A stretch of DNA of 53,450 bases from Perkinsus olseni (lineage: Eukaryota): contig JABANN010000201.1 in NCBI GenBank assembly GCA_013115125.1, forward strand, positions 1-53,450, in the 5' to 3' direction. A program made the translations under genes and the position numbers. The notes below the pieces were generated by a model that was not told the origin of the DNA, made no database searches, and saw only the letters and a program-made list of their open reading frames with translations. Below, in pieces: positions 11,747-22,071 of this stretch. How positions within the stretch are numbered: position 1 is the first letter of the stretch; each line of letters starts with the position of its first letter.

Positions 11747-12871
11747 TCAATCGGAATTCGAGAGGTACTTACCATCCGTTCTCCCTCTTTTAGCCGAATC
11801 TTCCCGAACTGTGCCTCGGCCAACTACAGGGCGCTTCATGGCCATCTGCGGGTCGGAGGATGGAGTGTTCACAGCGAGTGACGGATCTCTCGTGACATTG
11901 ATTGCTTTTAACTCGCCGGCCAACCAACTATACTTATCCAGGACAATCGACAGAGTGTCGTCCGAGGTGGTATGGCAGATCGCGATCGTCACACGAGACA
12001 CCTTACCAGGGGCGCCAAGCTTGCTGACGACATCGTCGACCGTGAAGATGGGCGCGTTGAAACCATCACCCCCTACGGTTGGGGCTTGTGGCTCAGGGTT
12101 CACTTGAAAACAATCAGCAGAGTTCAGGAAAGTTCTAATCGGCGACTTGGTCGATGGGGGAACTGTCTGAAACTTCACAAAACTTGAGTAAAACATCTCG
12201 CCGTTCTCAATGACGGTGAATTTGACTTCGCCCTGGCGTCTGCCTTGGGAACGATGAGTCTTTATCTCGACTTGAAGCCTGGATACTCCACTAATGGTGG
12301 GAGAGTTGTTGACGTATATGCCAGGATATATCAGTCTTCTGAAGGGCGCCATTGACTGCACGCTCTCATGGTTCAGATCCGCGGCACGGACAACTCGAAT
12401 CACAATCGCCAAATGCGTAGAATATGAAGCACGGTTGAGCACTATGCGCATGGCATCAGTCCCGTCCGTCGGCGGACAAACGGCGACTGTCTGGGCGCTC
12501 ACTACTCCAAGTGGCCCCCACGTTGAGCGCCAAATCCAAGCTCCAGTTCTCGGCACGTAACAGTTGTGCGAATTGAGTGGATTGCACCCTTTCGCTCTCA
12601 GAATCTCGCCAGGTCGAGTCTCCAACTTACCGTTGCTCGACAGAAAAGTGAATGTTGCCTGAGAGCGTCCGCTGCTGTCGCGTCGAATTTCCACTACCAA
12701 TTCGTCAAGATCTTCCACGCCCGTCGAGGTACTCGTATAGCGACCTACAGGCGGCTTCCAACGGTAGAATTGGGCCAAATAGACCTGCGCTTGGGTGCCC
12801 GAGACCGATTGGGTGACAAGGGAGGAGAGAATGAAGACAGCAGTAGATACCCTCGAGGAGACAGCGCCCAT
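11747..12871 (-). CDS. Secreted hypothetical protein with two internal repeats, intronless (~374 aa)
   Basis: Long uninterrupted ORF; ATG at 12871 followed by a hydrophobic signal (STAVFILSSLVTQSVSG); duplicated domain; basic C-terminal tail. Confidence 0.75.
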   Translation of the reverse strand: MGAVSSRVSTAVFILSSLVTQSVSGTQAQVYLAQFYRWKPPVGRYTSTSTGVEDLDELVVEIRRDSSGRSQATFTFLSSNGKLETRPGEILRAKGCNPLNSHNCYVPRTGAWIWRSTWGPLGVVSAQTVAVCPPTDGTDAMRIVLNRASYSTHLAIVIRVVRAADLNHESVQSMAPFRRLIYPGIYVNNSPTISGVSRLQVEIKTHRSQGRRQGEVKFTVIENGEMFYSSFVKFQTVPPSTKSPIRTFLNSADCFQVNPEPQAPTVGGDGFNAPIFTVDDVVSKLGAPGKVSRVTIAICHTTSDDTLSIVLDKYSWLAGELKAINVTRDPSLAVNTPSSDPQMAMKRPVVGRGTVREDSAKRGRTDGKYLSNSD

Positions 12872-13144
12872 GTCGGTAAGCAACCCGACGAAAAGTACTG
12901 TGGAGCAGTCCGAGTTTCAATAGGCTTCTCACGAGCCTCAACAGCAATCACAGAAGCGCTCTTTCAACGAACTGACGAACTTCTAATACTCAGCATCGAA
13001 TCTGAAATTAAGTTTTGCACTTGAGATGTGGAGCCAAAGAGAATATTGTCACGTGTCCGATGGTCAGGTTAGCCCAGAGAGAGCAAATCTTCGTCGAGAC
13101 ACCGCAGACGCAGAGACACGAAACGAGTTAATTGATCGATTATA

Positions 13145-16100
13145 ATGGCGCGCGCCGAAATCATAGCGCAAGATTCGTTTGGCAAGTTCGGACCCGAGTC
13201 AAGTCGAATGGCGATCTCAACGGACAGTCGTAGAGGTTCTGCCGTCTCTGAGGCTCGAGCGATCGATGAGTTTGAGGATGAATCTGAAGTTAGAGGGACC
13301 CTGTACTTCAGTGCGCCAGTTGAAGTGAGTTATAGTCCTCTAGAGTCGACCTCAAGATTCTTGAAACAGGTACTACCGCGTACGCAGCGGACTGCTGATT
13401 TGTTGGCCAGTAAAGCAGCCGAGCGGCAAAGAAGGAGGTAGAAGGCTCATCAGCCGCGTATCGAGCTAGTGCGTGTAGAACTCGTTCTGAACGAGGTCGT
13501 TCATTTGTCGGGTAGACACATGTTTCCGGAACGAGGTTGGGGTGAAATGATGAACTTGATTCTCTGTTCAATGGGAATGAGATAGTCTGGTCGGTTCTTC
13601 TGCTGGGGCAACTTTCGGACTAACTGAGTAACGCAACACATAGCTCATCGGTAAGGCGCTAGCACATCGGCATCAAGTCCAGCTAAGCCGGCGACGGCGT
13701 TGGACTTTAAACTGACATACACACCCTCTGTTCAGTAAACCTATTCTGAAACTCAGAAGCGATTCTAAAACTGACTTTTAAACGTGGAATACGGGTCCAG
13801 AATCTATGATGACTTCCTGTATCATTATACTGAACGCTTACATTAGTTTTCATTACTTGTAGGGAGGAAGCAGCGGCATTGAGGAGACAAAAAGAAGAGG
13901 AAGAAGCTCAGCGGCGGCTGCGTGAGCAAGAAGCCAAAAAGCTGAAGCTGCTGATGAAACAACGGCAGAAGGAGGAGGTATGGGCCGCGCATTTCTCTTC
14001 CCAGAACGTTCGTGCTTAGGAGCAAAGGAAACGAGAAGAAGAGGAGCAGCGGAAGCAGCTCGAGGGCGGCCTTGACAAGATCCTAGCTCAGTTGCATCAA
14101 AATACGAGCAATGTCCAAGCGGTCACCTTGGCGGGTATGATCCCTGCGGATCCGATTTCTGTAACTGACGTACCGATAAGTGTACTGTTGCTGGTAGCGA
14201 CAGAAGAGCGATAGCGAGCTTTTGACATAAGCAATTGATGTGGAAGGCCACTAGCTTCCGGAACTCCTCTCACAGAAATTCTTAAATCCGTGTTCAGAAC
14301 GCATCGGCTGGGGAGTCTCGACGCTATGTGATACCGTTTGTGTGCATCAGGCATCGACATAGGAAGCGTCAGACTACGACTCCTCTGCAACGCTCTCATA
14401 GCCAATCGCAGCTGTACCACGATCACGCTGGTAATTTCCTATGGGGAAGGTGGTTGTGGCCCTTTTCCACTCTACTTGACGTTTGCCTTTTGCTCCTCCG
14501 GAGTTCTACTGCCTTCAATTGGTCTAACGTAATTCGGCTTTACTATTGTGAACTGGCTCGTGCCTGGTAGGCTCGAAAGTGCCTCAGCGACGAGGATGGC
14601 GTATCACTTTCGGCGATGCTCGAGGTGAATCGGACTCTGGAATACGTTGACTTGGAAGGCAATGCACTGGGCCCGAGCACGGCTAGGAGGCTCGGCCAGG
14701 TACGAGCTAGTCGCACAAGAGTGCCACCGCGCCAGTAAAATCAACTTGGTAGGTTTTGGTTGGGAACAATAGCTTGAAGTATTTGAATCTTCGGGATAAC
14801 GATTTGACTTCCTCCGGGAACGACCAGGACGCAGTGGCCGAGTTGTGTCGCGGACTGGACGTGAACGAGAGCCTAATGGTAGCGAGGGTTCACGAAGATT
14901 GAAGGGGAATCTCTAAGAGGCCTTTTCCGTTTGGTGGGCGTGAGAACTTCTCACCGACAAGCGATAGGGAAGAAACGAATATGCTGTGTATTCACTACGG
15001 TCCGAACGGTTGCTGATGACTCTCAGTGACGATTGTGGCATTGAATTTATGCGTCTAGGGGCAAGAGAAAACTACCTGGAACAGGCGGATAATTCCTAGT
15101 AACTCCGGCCCTTTCGTACAGAAAGTCTAGAGGGGAGAATCTCAGCCATGCCCGGGGGATAATATACCCGAGACTGCGGCGTTTTGTCTTCACTAAAATC
15201 GGCGGCTTGCTCAGGTCCTCTTACTCGGCCGCAATAATATCACATCAGTTGGGGGCGAACATCTTCTCGAGTATGCGAGGAATCAGCGCACTCGGGAGAA
15301 TTGCCCGCCTCATCCGGTCACCCTTGACGTCATGGAGAACTCGCTCACAGTTGAACAGGTAGAAGTCCAGAGGCGCAAAAGGTCGTTAGTCGGATCTTTG
15401 GCCTGTCAGCTCTCTGGGAAATGCATGACATTTTTTTTGTGATTTACCATTTGCGACATAGCACAATAGGATGAACTAGAATTTGCGAGACCGCGGAAAA
15501 AGAGAAAACTGTTGGAAGAAAATTAGGACTTTACCGTATATGTGTAGTCAGTATTGTGCTAGCTGACCTCCACCAGCGGAGAACTTCGAGGAGCCGGTCT
15601 CGTTCTGCATTTTTACCACGAGCCCGTAATCGTACGAGACTGCCTTCCCCTAGTAGGATTCGTTTCACTTAGTGTGTATCAGATGCGGGACCTGCAGGCT
15701 ATTGTTGATGCCAATGCTGCTGACCTGCATTCGAGACGTGTCTTGGAAAGGAACGAGAGGTTGACGATGCAGGAAGCTCACGATGACACACGAGAGTGGT
15801 TGGAAGCCGTCGAGAAAGAGAGAGTGAGGACCGGGATGACCAGGAACTACCGGAGTGCTCGACGGTCATCAAATTGGCTGCCCTCCATGGACACTTGTCA
15901 TCAGCACAGCGTTGGCATCTTAGTTCGACGCGCGGTCTATCTTGTTTTCAAGTCTGTTTTCCAGATCGATGTTTACGGAATCGAGAACAGGCGGAACGAG
16001 CGTGTTAGAGGCTCTTTCGAAGAGTGGAAGCTAGAGGTTGAGAACCGGAAGTCAGAGGTGAGGCTGTGAACTGCGCTTCGTTCGTTACTCTTGGTATTGC

Positions 16101-16389
16101 ACCCCGGCCTTACAGCGGCCTGATTTGGGAGTATTTCGTGAATTTTCGCCTTCCCGCCTGACGAATTTATGGTCGAAAATTCTAGAAGGGTTGCTTGTCA
16201 AGTCCCTTTCTAGAATTGCTGTTATCCTGCTCATTGAGAGCTGCAAATCTTCAGGAAACGCGCATACAGGAGGAGCTCATGCGAGAGGCCGAGGAGCGAA
16301 AAGATGCTCGTAAGCTGCATTGGGAGTCTCTTCGATGTGTCGCGAGCAGATTTTCAGGCAAGGGAAAGAAGAAAGGAAAAAAAAAGTAA
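13145..16389 (+). CDS. Leucine-rich repeat (RNI/NLRC3-like) protein with coiled-coil flanks, multi-exon (start uncertain, 13145 or 13208)
   Basis: Exons EEAAALRRQKEEEEAQRR...; LLCNALIANRSCTTITL; LSAMLEVNRTLEYVDLEGNALGPSTARRL; NNSLKYLNLRDNDL...LCRGLDVNESLM; VLLLGRNNITSVGG; ends GKGKKKGKKK*. Confidence 0.8.
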
Positions 16390-17500
16390 CGATGTGTTGC
16401 CCACAACGACGTGGCATGCCGATTTGTCTTACCAGCGGTGTCGTCCGACGGGAGAATCTCGTTGTTTATATGTCAATGGGAAGGGCTGGCTGCGGCACGA
16501 GTCCGCGGTTGCGAAATCTCCTCCGCCCGCTGGCAATCTCAATCGATTTGATATTTTTGATCATGTTGGGGTGTCGGTATCAACGGTGGAGCAACTCAAT
16601 TTCAGAGTGGGGGATTGACGTTCTCTGGTTGTGGTGAACAGATCCACCTACTCCGTTGATTAAGGAGAGAGGAGAACCTGTATATCTGATGGGGCAGTTA
16701 CCTGGGCCGTTTCTAGTACAACTGGCGCGTGTTCAGGGGAGCAGATGATCAACCACAATCAAGTACTCCATCCATAGCTGGAGCTAGACTACGTTCAGAA
16801 CACGGTACATCCTTCAGCCTGCATTTGTTTCGTAACCGAGCCCGATTTCTCAACTTCCTCTCTCGAACAATAGCAAAGTAGAACACAGCAGCTCGGGAAT
16901 CGGGTATTCAGATGATTTAGGGCTTCCACATTAACTTCGTTCCACTCCGAACTGCTCTCCGAAGCAATGACGGACATGTTGATCTGTCAAAAGGTTCATT
17001 CCCATAGCGTGAGTTCTATCAGATGAGGGCACGCGCTTTCCCAGCGGCTCACTTCCAATGACACATCACTGGAGTTGTTCGGCGCCGCATGAAGCCGTTC
17101 TCTCCTTCGTGACCTCAGTGAAGAGGTATTTTCTACCGCCACCCGAGCATATCCGGACAGGTGAGGCTTGGCGATCATAGCCGGGCTAGCGAGCGAGGTA
17201 GCCTCTCGCGCGTTGAGACGTGGTTATACGAGAGGCAAAGGTGAACTTTTCCCGATCTTCAGCCTCTCCCCAATTCCAAGTAGCCCAAATGAGACACCGG
17301 CCGAGCCCCTCGCAGTTTTACATGTTCGAACGGGTCAATAGGCCGAGTAAGTCGGTGCGATACGGCACTACGTGTTGCCTGCCTGACACATGGCAGACGA
17401 TGGGACAATCCTTCCTGATCCGACCTTGAGCAGCGACGCCGTCCATATACGTCAGAAATTCGTATCTCATGGGAGCGGCCTCGGAAAAGCCTATGGTCCC

Positions 17501-17571
17501 GTTCCTGATGAGGTGAAGTTCTCGTTTGCGCGCGATCATACTCCTGCCTCGTTCGAGTAGGGCTGAGGAAT
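17501..17571 (+). ncRNA. Candidate box C/D snoRNA
   Basis: gttcc-TGATGA...CTGA-ggaat: box C, box D and a terminal stem. Internal AAGTTCTCGTTTG is antisense to the conserved LSU rRNA segment CAAAYGAGAACTT (recalled sequence). It overlaps a possible exon/intron junction, and the D' box is unclear. Confidence 0.45.
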
Positions 17572-18353
17572 TACTACGTTACGGCGCATTCCCATCATCT
17601 GGTGAGCTCTGAAATGAAACTGGGGTCACAGAACGTGAGTAGATTACAGAACTCATCAGTATTAGGTTATTACTTGGAAGGGTGCAGTAAGACCAGGACA
17701 GAGGCTAGTGGATGGAATGCGGATAGACTGGGATAAGCCGCCGGCAGATGTACGTGAAATTACATTCTGAATAGGACGGCCAGGGTGGCTCTAGTCAGTT
17801 TCGGATCAGAGTGCTGGCTGGTAGCAACGGCGCACATTGGGCTGACGCGACCGACTGGACGTCGATTCCACGAGATGTCGCGAATGGCACGCCCATAGCG
17901 GGATTCTCACAGAATGTCATTTTTCACCAACCGATGTGGGTGAAGGAGCTCCAGGTGAGGAGCTCAGAAACGCCATTATTTAACGAAAATCTTGCTCCAA
18001 AAATCGGTCACAAGGATCGTGAAGTGGCCTTCGGAGTCAGGAGTAAAGTTGCCAGGGGTCTCGAACAGGGTATGGTGCTCTGCATATTCATGTTTTCGCC
18101 TTCGCTGTATCACTTCTTCAGGTTCAAATGCGCGATCCAGCGCCGTACGGTTACTTCGGAATCAACCAGCTAGCACTCATAACTCATCCATGCCCTTCCA
18201 AGTATATGACCCCAGCTTTTCGTTGATCTTGGGTATTGAGTTCACTGTTGATTTTCTGTTCAAAAGCTTTTACTTCTCACAGGAGCCGCGTTGCGATAAA
18301 GCCGAGACTCGCACTCAAACCATCACCCGAGGATGCACACTTGCGTGGAGCAA
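17570..18353 (+). CDS. Discoidin/F5-8-like domain protein (CCp/LAP-type), partial multi-exon model; probably extends upstream towards ~16.7 kb
   Basis: In-frame spliced exons NYYVTAHSHH...|VITWKGAVRPGQRLVDGMRIDWDKPPAD|FRIRVLAGSNGAHWADATDW...FSQNVIFHQPMWVKELQ|VQMRDPAPYGYFGINQLAL, resembling discoidin-like modules of apicomplexan LCCL (CCp/LAP) proteins. Confidence 0.55.
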
Positions 18354-19388
18354 GGTTCGGAAAAGCACTCTCGATCTACCTTTCTATCGTCCCATTATCT
18401 CCTTATGGAACTCATGGGCCCGACCGTTGATCAGCTCAGGCTTCGGAAAGGTGGGTGTTGTACCCTCTCGCGCAATGCATACGCGTACATATCCCATTAC
18501 CATGAAGAAAGTAAACGGGGGGCCAGGAGATAATGGCACGGATCGCACAACTCTGCCGAACGCTGCCAAACTGTGTGCCACATGGACCGAATTTGGCCAT
18601 CACAAACACGGCACTGTACATTGCAATGATCTCCGCGAAAACCTTCGTCGGCGCGCGACTGAGCGCTAGCGCGAACCACACCGCGAGTTGTCCCTCTATA
18701 GGTCAATTTCAATCGTGAGCGATTGATCAATTTCATCTTCTCGTGGAGACTACAGAGTGGGAATTGATAACATCCAGTAGATCTTCGATCAGCTCGCAAG
18801 CTTGTTCTCTTGACCCTCAACTTGAGGCCCACAAGCGGCGGCAATTCATGGTAGACATCCAGAGTGACATGAAGACTGTCTTGGCGCAGGCTGGACTCCG
18901 AGTTAGGACCATTGGCGACCCGCTAGGGAGGGGCGGATTCCATATGACTCCCCGTACGGCAGGGTCAAGACCTGCGGTGCTTTCTTCGGATGATCATCCG
19001 TTCTGATTGAGTGTAATTCGCGAGATGGTTTGAACAGACGGCCACAAATCGAGCGAAGGGCATTAATGACCTATCCGGGCGGCATGCAATGAATCAGCAG
19101 TGCACTCGAAGTGCAGCTGCAGATGTATCCAATTTTGCTGGGGAAAATGGGCCTTTCTATGGCAGCCTCCTCTCTCGGGCATGCGTGCTGCTGGAGATCG
19201 ATTTCAAGGGAAGGGTACTCGAATCTCTCTGGTCATCCTTGCGACTCTAGTACTGTGCGGCATGACCTTCGAAGTGGTGAGGGTCGGTTCACTATCGGGT
19301 CGGGTGGAGAAGGGGCGGACCACTAGTGGTGAACAGTTCACGACTGGTTGTTCAGGTTTAATCTCACTCACTATTTCATCGTTCAACA

Positions 19389-21041
19389 ATGTTATCTCTA
19401 CTTCTGTTCCTCCTCGCCTTTATTGGCGACACCCTGGCCTTCAAGCCAGGTAATGTGCGTATGCACATGTCAACTAGGACCATCTGTAACAAGGAAGTCA
19501 AGGACGTTCACGGCAACCCTGCTCCCTGTGGTAAATCCATGGCGATGGAAACCTACGGTCTGACCCTCCCCGGTATGGAGGACGGATCTGTCACCACTAG
19601 GGAGGACATGATTGTCGCCAAGGATGGTCACGTAAGGGTTAAGGCCATGCCGAGCCGTCCCTATCAGTACCTCATGACCATTGAGAGCCCTCAGACCAAG
19701 CGCCTCGATCAGCTCTTCAGAAACCAGGCCGTCACGATTGCCGAGAGCCAGCAGGAGCCTGAGTCTGTGCGCCTCCTCGGTGCTGCCAAGGCGCCTGGTA
19801 GCCTTCAAGAAGATGGATGGACCGCTGAGGGCACCACCACCCTCGATGGTGCCACTGTTCACAAGTACACCAAGAGGGGCCCTCAAGGTGTCGATCCCAG
19901 CACCAAGGCTAACTATACGGCCCTTTACCAGACTGGCATGTACCCTGACCACTGGACCTTCTACACCGACTCCAGCGATGAGAAGCCGGTCAAGCTTGTT
20001 GGTATGAACAGCTTCAACGGTAAAACCCTTCAGGAGACCGACTACTCTAACCACGAGGAGATCGATGCTGAAATGGACGTCGCCCAGGCCGAGAAGGAGA
20101 TGCATACGACCTACCAGATCACCAGTTCCCGTCGTTTGGGAGAAGGCGATAGCGATGCTCCTCCGGTAAATGTCGATTACATCACTGCCACCTTTGTCGC
20201 GGAAGATGAGCGAACATACTTCGAGGATGCGGAGGATGTTGACTGGCTCAAGTCTAGGAGGCTTCGCAGAGGCTTGAGCGGTGCTAAGGCCGGTGTGATG
20301 TACTTCGACATTCCCAAAGGTTCTGCTGCTGATACTTTCTTCCACACCGAGTACAACAGACGGATGGTCGAACTCGTGAAGTTCGAGTTCCCAAAGAGCT
20401 GCAGGGACGACAAGGGCAAGCAAGTGCAGAGGTATTGCATCTTCGTCTCTGCTGATGCCACCATGGAGAAATTCACCCTCAAGGGCGGAATGACCTTCGT
20501 GGATGTCAACGACGACAGCAAGAGTGCTCACTTGACTCTGTCCATCGAGATTGAGAAATCGGAGGGAGCTCCAGTTCTCAACCTGAGCGTTGAAGCCGGC
20601 GGGTGCGCCATCGTCTGGCAGTATGGTGAAGGCGTCAGCCTCAACATCGTCGTTTGCATTTCTGGCAAGGCCTCTGGGAAGGATCTGCTTCAGCCTGACA
20701 AGCGCACCTTCGCTGCCGAGATAGAGATTAAAGTGACTTTCAACGTCAATGTGCCTGTTGCTGGTTCCATCATTCACTGGGATGTGTGGGCTAAGGTTGG
20801 CTGCACCGCCGCACCAAACAACAACATCACCGCCTACGGTGAGATTGGCACTAGCGTCAGTCTCTCGATCGCCGGTGCTGGTGTATCCATTGATGTCAAG
20901 GGCAACACTATGGATCATTTGCCTAATAAGTGGCAGTTCTTTTCCGGTGTGAACCTCAACGCCTGGGTGAATGTCCTCTTCTACAAGAACGACTGGCACT
21001 GGCGCTGGGAGATCTGGCATGCCAGCCCCGTGTACTTCTAA
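19389..21041 (+). CDS. Secreted 550-aa protein of unknown function, intronless, strongly codon-biased
   Basis: Signal peptide MLSLLLFLLAFIGDTLA; uninterrupted ORF dominated by C/G/T-ending codons; internal RRL motifs; beta-strand-like C-terminal half ending WHWRWEIWHASPVYF*. Confidence 0.92.
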   Translation: MLSLLLFLLAFIGDTLAFKPGNVRMHMSTRTICNKEVKDVHGNPAPCGKSMAMETYGLTLPGMEDGSVTTREDMIVAKDGHVRVKAMPSRPYQYLMTIESPQTKRLDQLFRNQAVTIAESQQEPESVRLLGAAKAPGSLQEDGWTAEGTTTLDGATVHKYTKRGPQGVDPSTKANYTALYQTGMYPDHWTFYTDSSDEKPVKLVGMNSFNGKTLQETDYSNHEEIDAEMDVAQAEKEMHTTYQITSSRRLGEGDSDAPPVNVDYITATFVAEDERTYFEDAEDVDWLKSRRLRRGLSGAKAGVMYFDIPKGSAADTFFHTEYNRRMVELVKFEFPKSCRDDKGKQVQRYCIFVSADATMEKFTLKGGMTFVDVNDDSKSAHLTLSIEIEKSEGAPVLNLSVEAGGCAIVWQYGEGVSLNIVVCISGKASGKDLLQPDKRTFAAEIEIKVTFNVNVPVAGSIIHWDVWAKVGCTAAPNNNITAYGEIGTSVSLSIAGAGVSIDVKGNTMDHLPNKWQFFSGVNLNAWVNVLFYKNDWHWRWEIWHASPVYF

Positions 21042-21609
21042 AATGTCAGTGGAGGTCGGTGGCCCCCGGTGTTTCATCCATTCTTATTGTTAGTTCATTA
21101 ACGGGCGTATTTGAGCCCTGATCAGCGTCAAAGTGTTAGACGTTAGGCTAGTTTCTGTTCAGTTATCGTACGGCTTGGATCTCATCAAGTTCCTTAAATC
21201 TATTCGTAAAGGTAGTTCCTAGTTTAGTGTTAAATTGTCATTGACCGTGGCTCCTGAGAGCCACATTTCTCTTGTTGATAGTACCTTAATCAGCTAGCTC
21301 CCTCACAGTGAGGAGCTTTTAGTTCCGATTTCTCGTTTCCATGTAAATAGTGTATCAGTGTGCCTCGGCCCCCTCGGATATCACTATGTTCGACCACATT
21401 TCGAGCATAGTGCTGTATTACTGAAAAGTTGAGGGTTGGCCGTCGCGCGGGTATGTACCACTATGAGCGAGAATCTCGGCATTTAACACGGTGTTTAGTT
21501 ACAAGTGTGTCACTGAGGGAGCTAAATAATCGCGAAAATTGCAGAGCCAGTTGTATCCGGCATCAGGCCGTCCAGCCAGTCTCATGAGGAGCTAATCCGT
21601 GGATTAGGT

Positions 21610-21648
21610 TACGACAGTCCGTGTGAGATACGACAGTCCGTGTGAGAT
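21610..21648. repeat. 19-bp perfect tandem duplication
   Basis: TACGACAGTCCGTGTGAGA repeated twice head-to-tail. Confidence 0.85.
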
Positions 21649-22071
21649 GGAACGAAAAGCATATATGCTGTTGAAGATAAAGGTCTTTTCGGGCGAAGGA
21701 TTCCGCGGGCTCGTTCACCAATAAGTTTGTCTCATTTTCTTGTTGTGCTAACACAACAGCTCTCAGTCTGAACGCTTGTTCAATGGAATGTTATGCAACA
21801 CGTTGTCGCTTGCAGCGGCACGTCAAGCGAAGCCCGAAAAAGCTCCCAAAAAAGCCATGGGGTGGAGGCTTCTTTCTAATGTTCTCATTTCTCGTTCTCA
21901 GGAGACTCCTGAGAACGCGTCCCCTCAGACACACTGAACTCAACACGACGCCTGTTTAGGCAGGCCAACACCACTACATGGTTGGTACGAACCCTGGACA
22001 AATGGTCGACAAACGCTGAACAAATCACGAGCAAATTTTTACACGGGGGATGAATAGTGAAGAGAGGAACT

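Noticed and set aside
13547-13628. ATGATGA...CTGA in an LRR-gene intron as a C/D snoRNA
   Set aside because: No terminal stem or identifiable antisense element.
17992-18669. 225-aa ORF
   Set aside because: Runs through introns and is out of frame with the discoidin exons; no ATG-led coherent product.
19470-21077. 535-aa antisense ORF
   Set aside because: In-register shadow of the codon-biased 550-aa gene; no protein-like features of its own.
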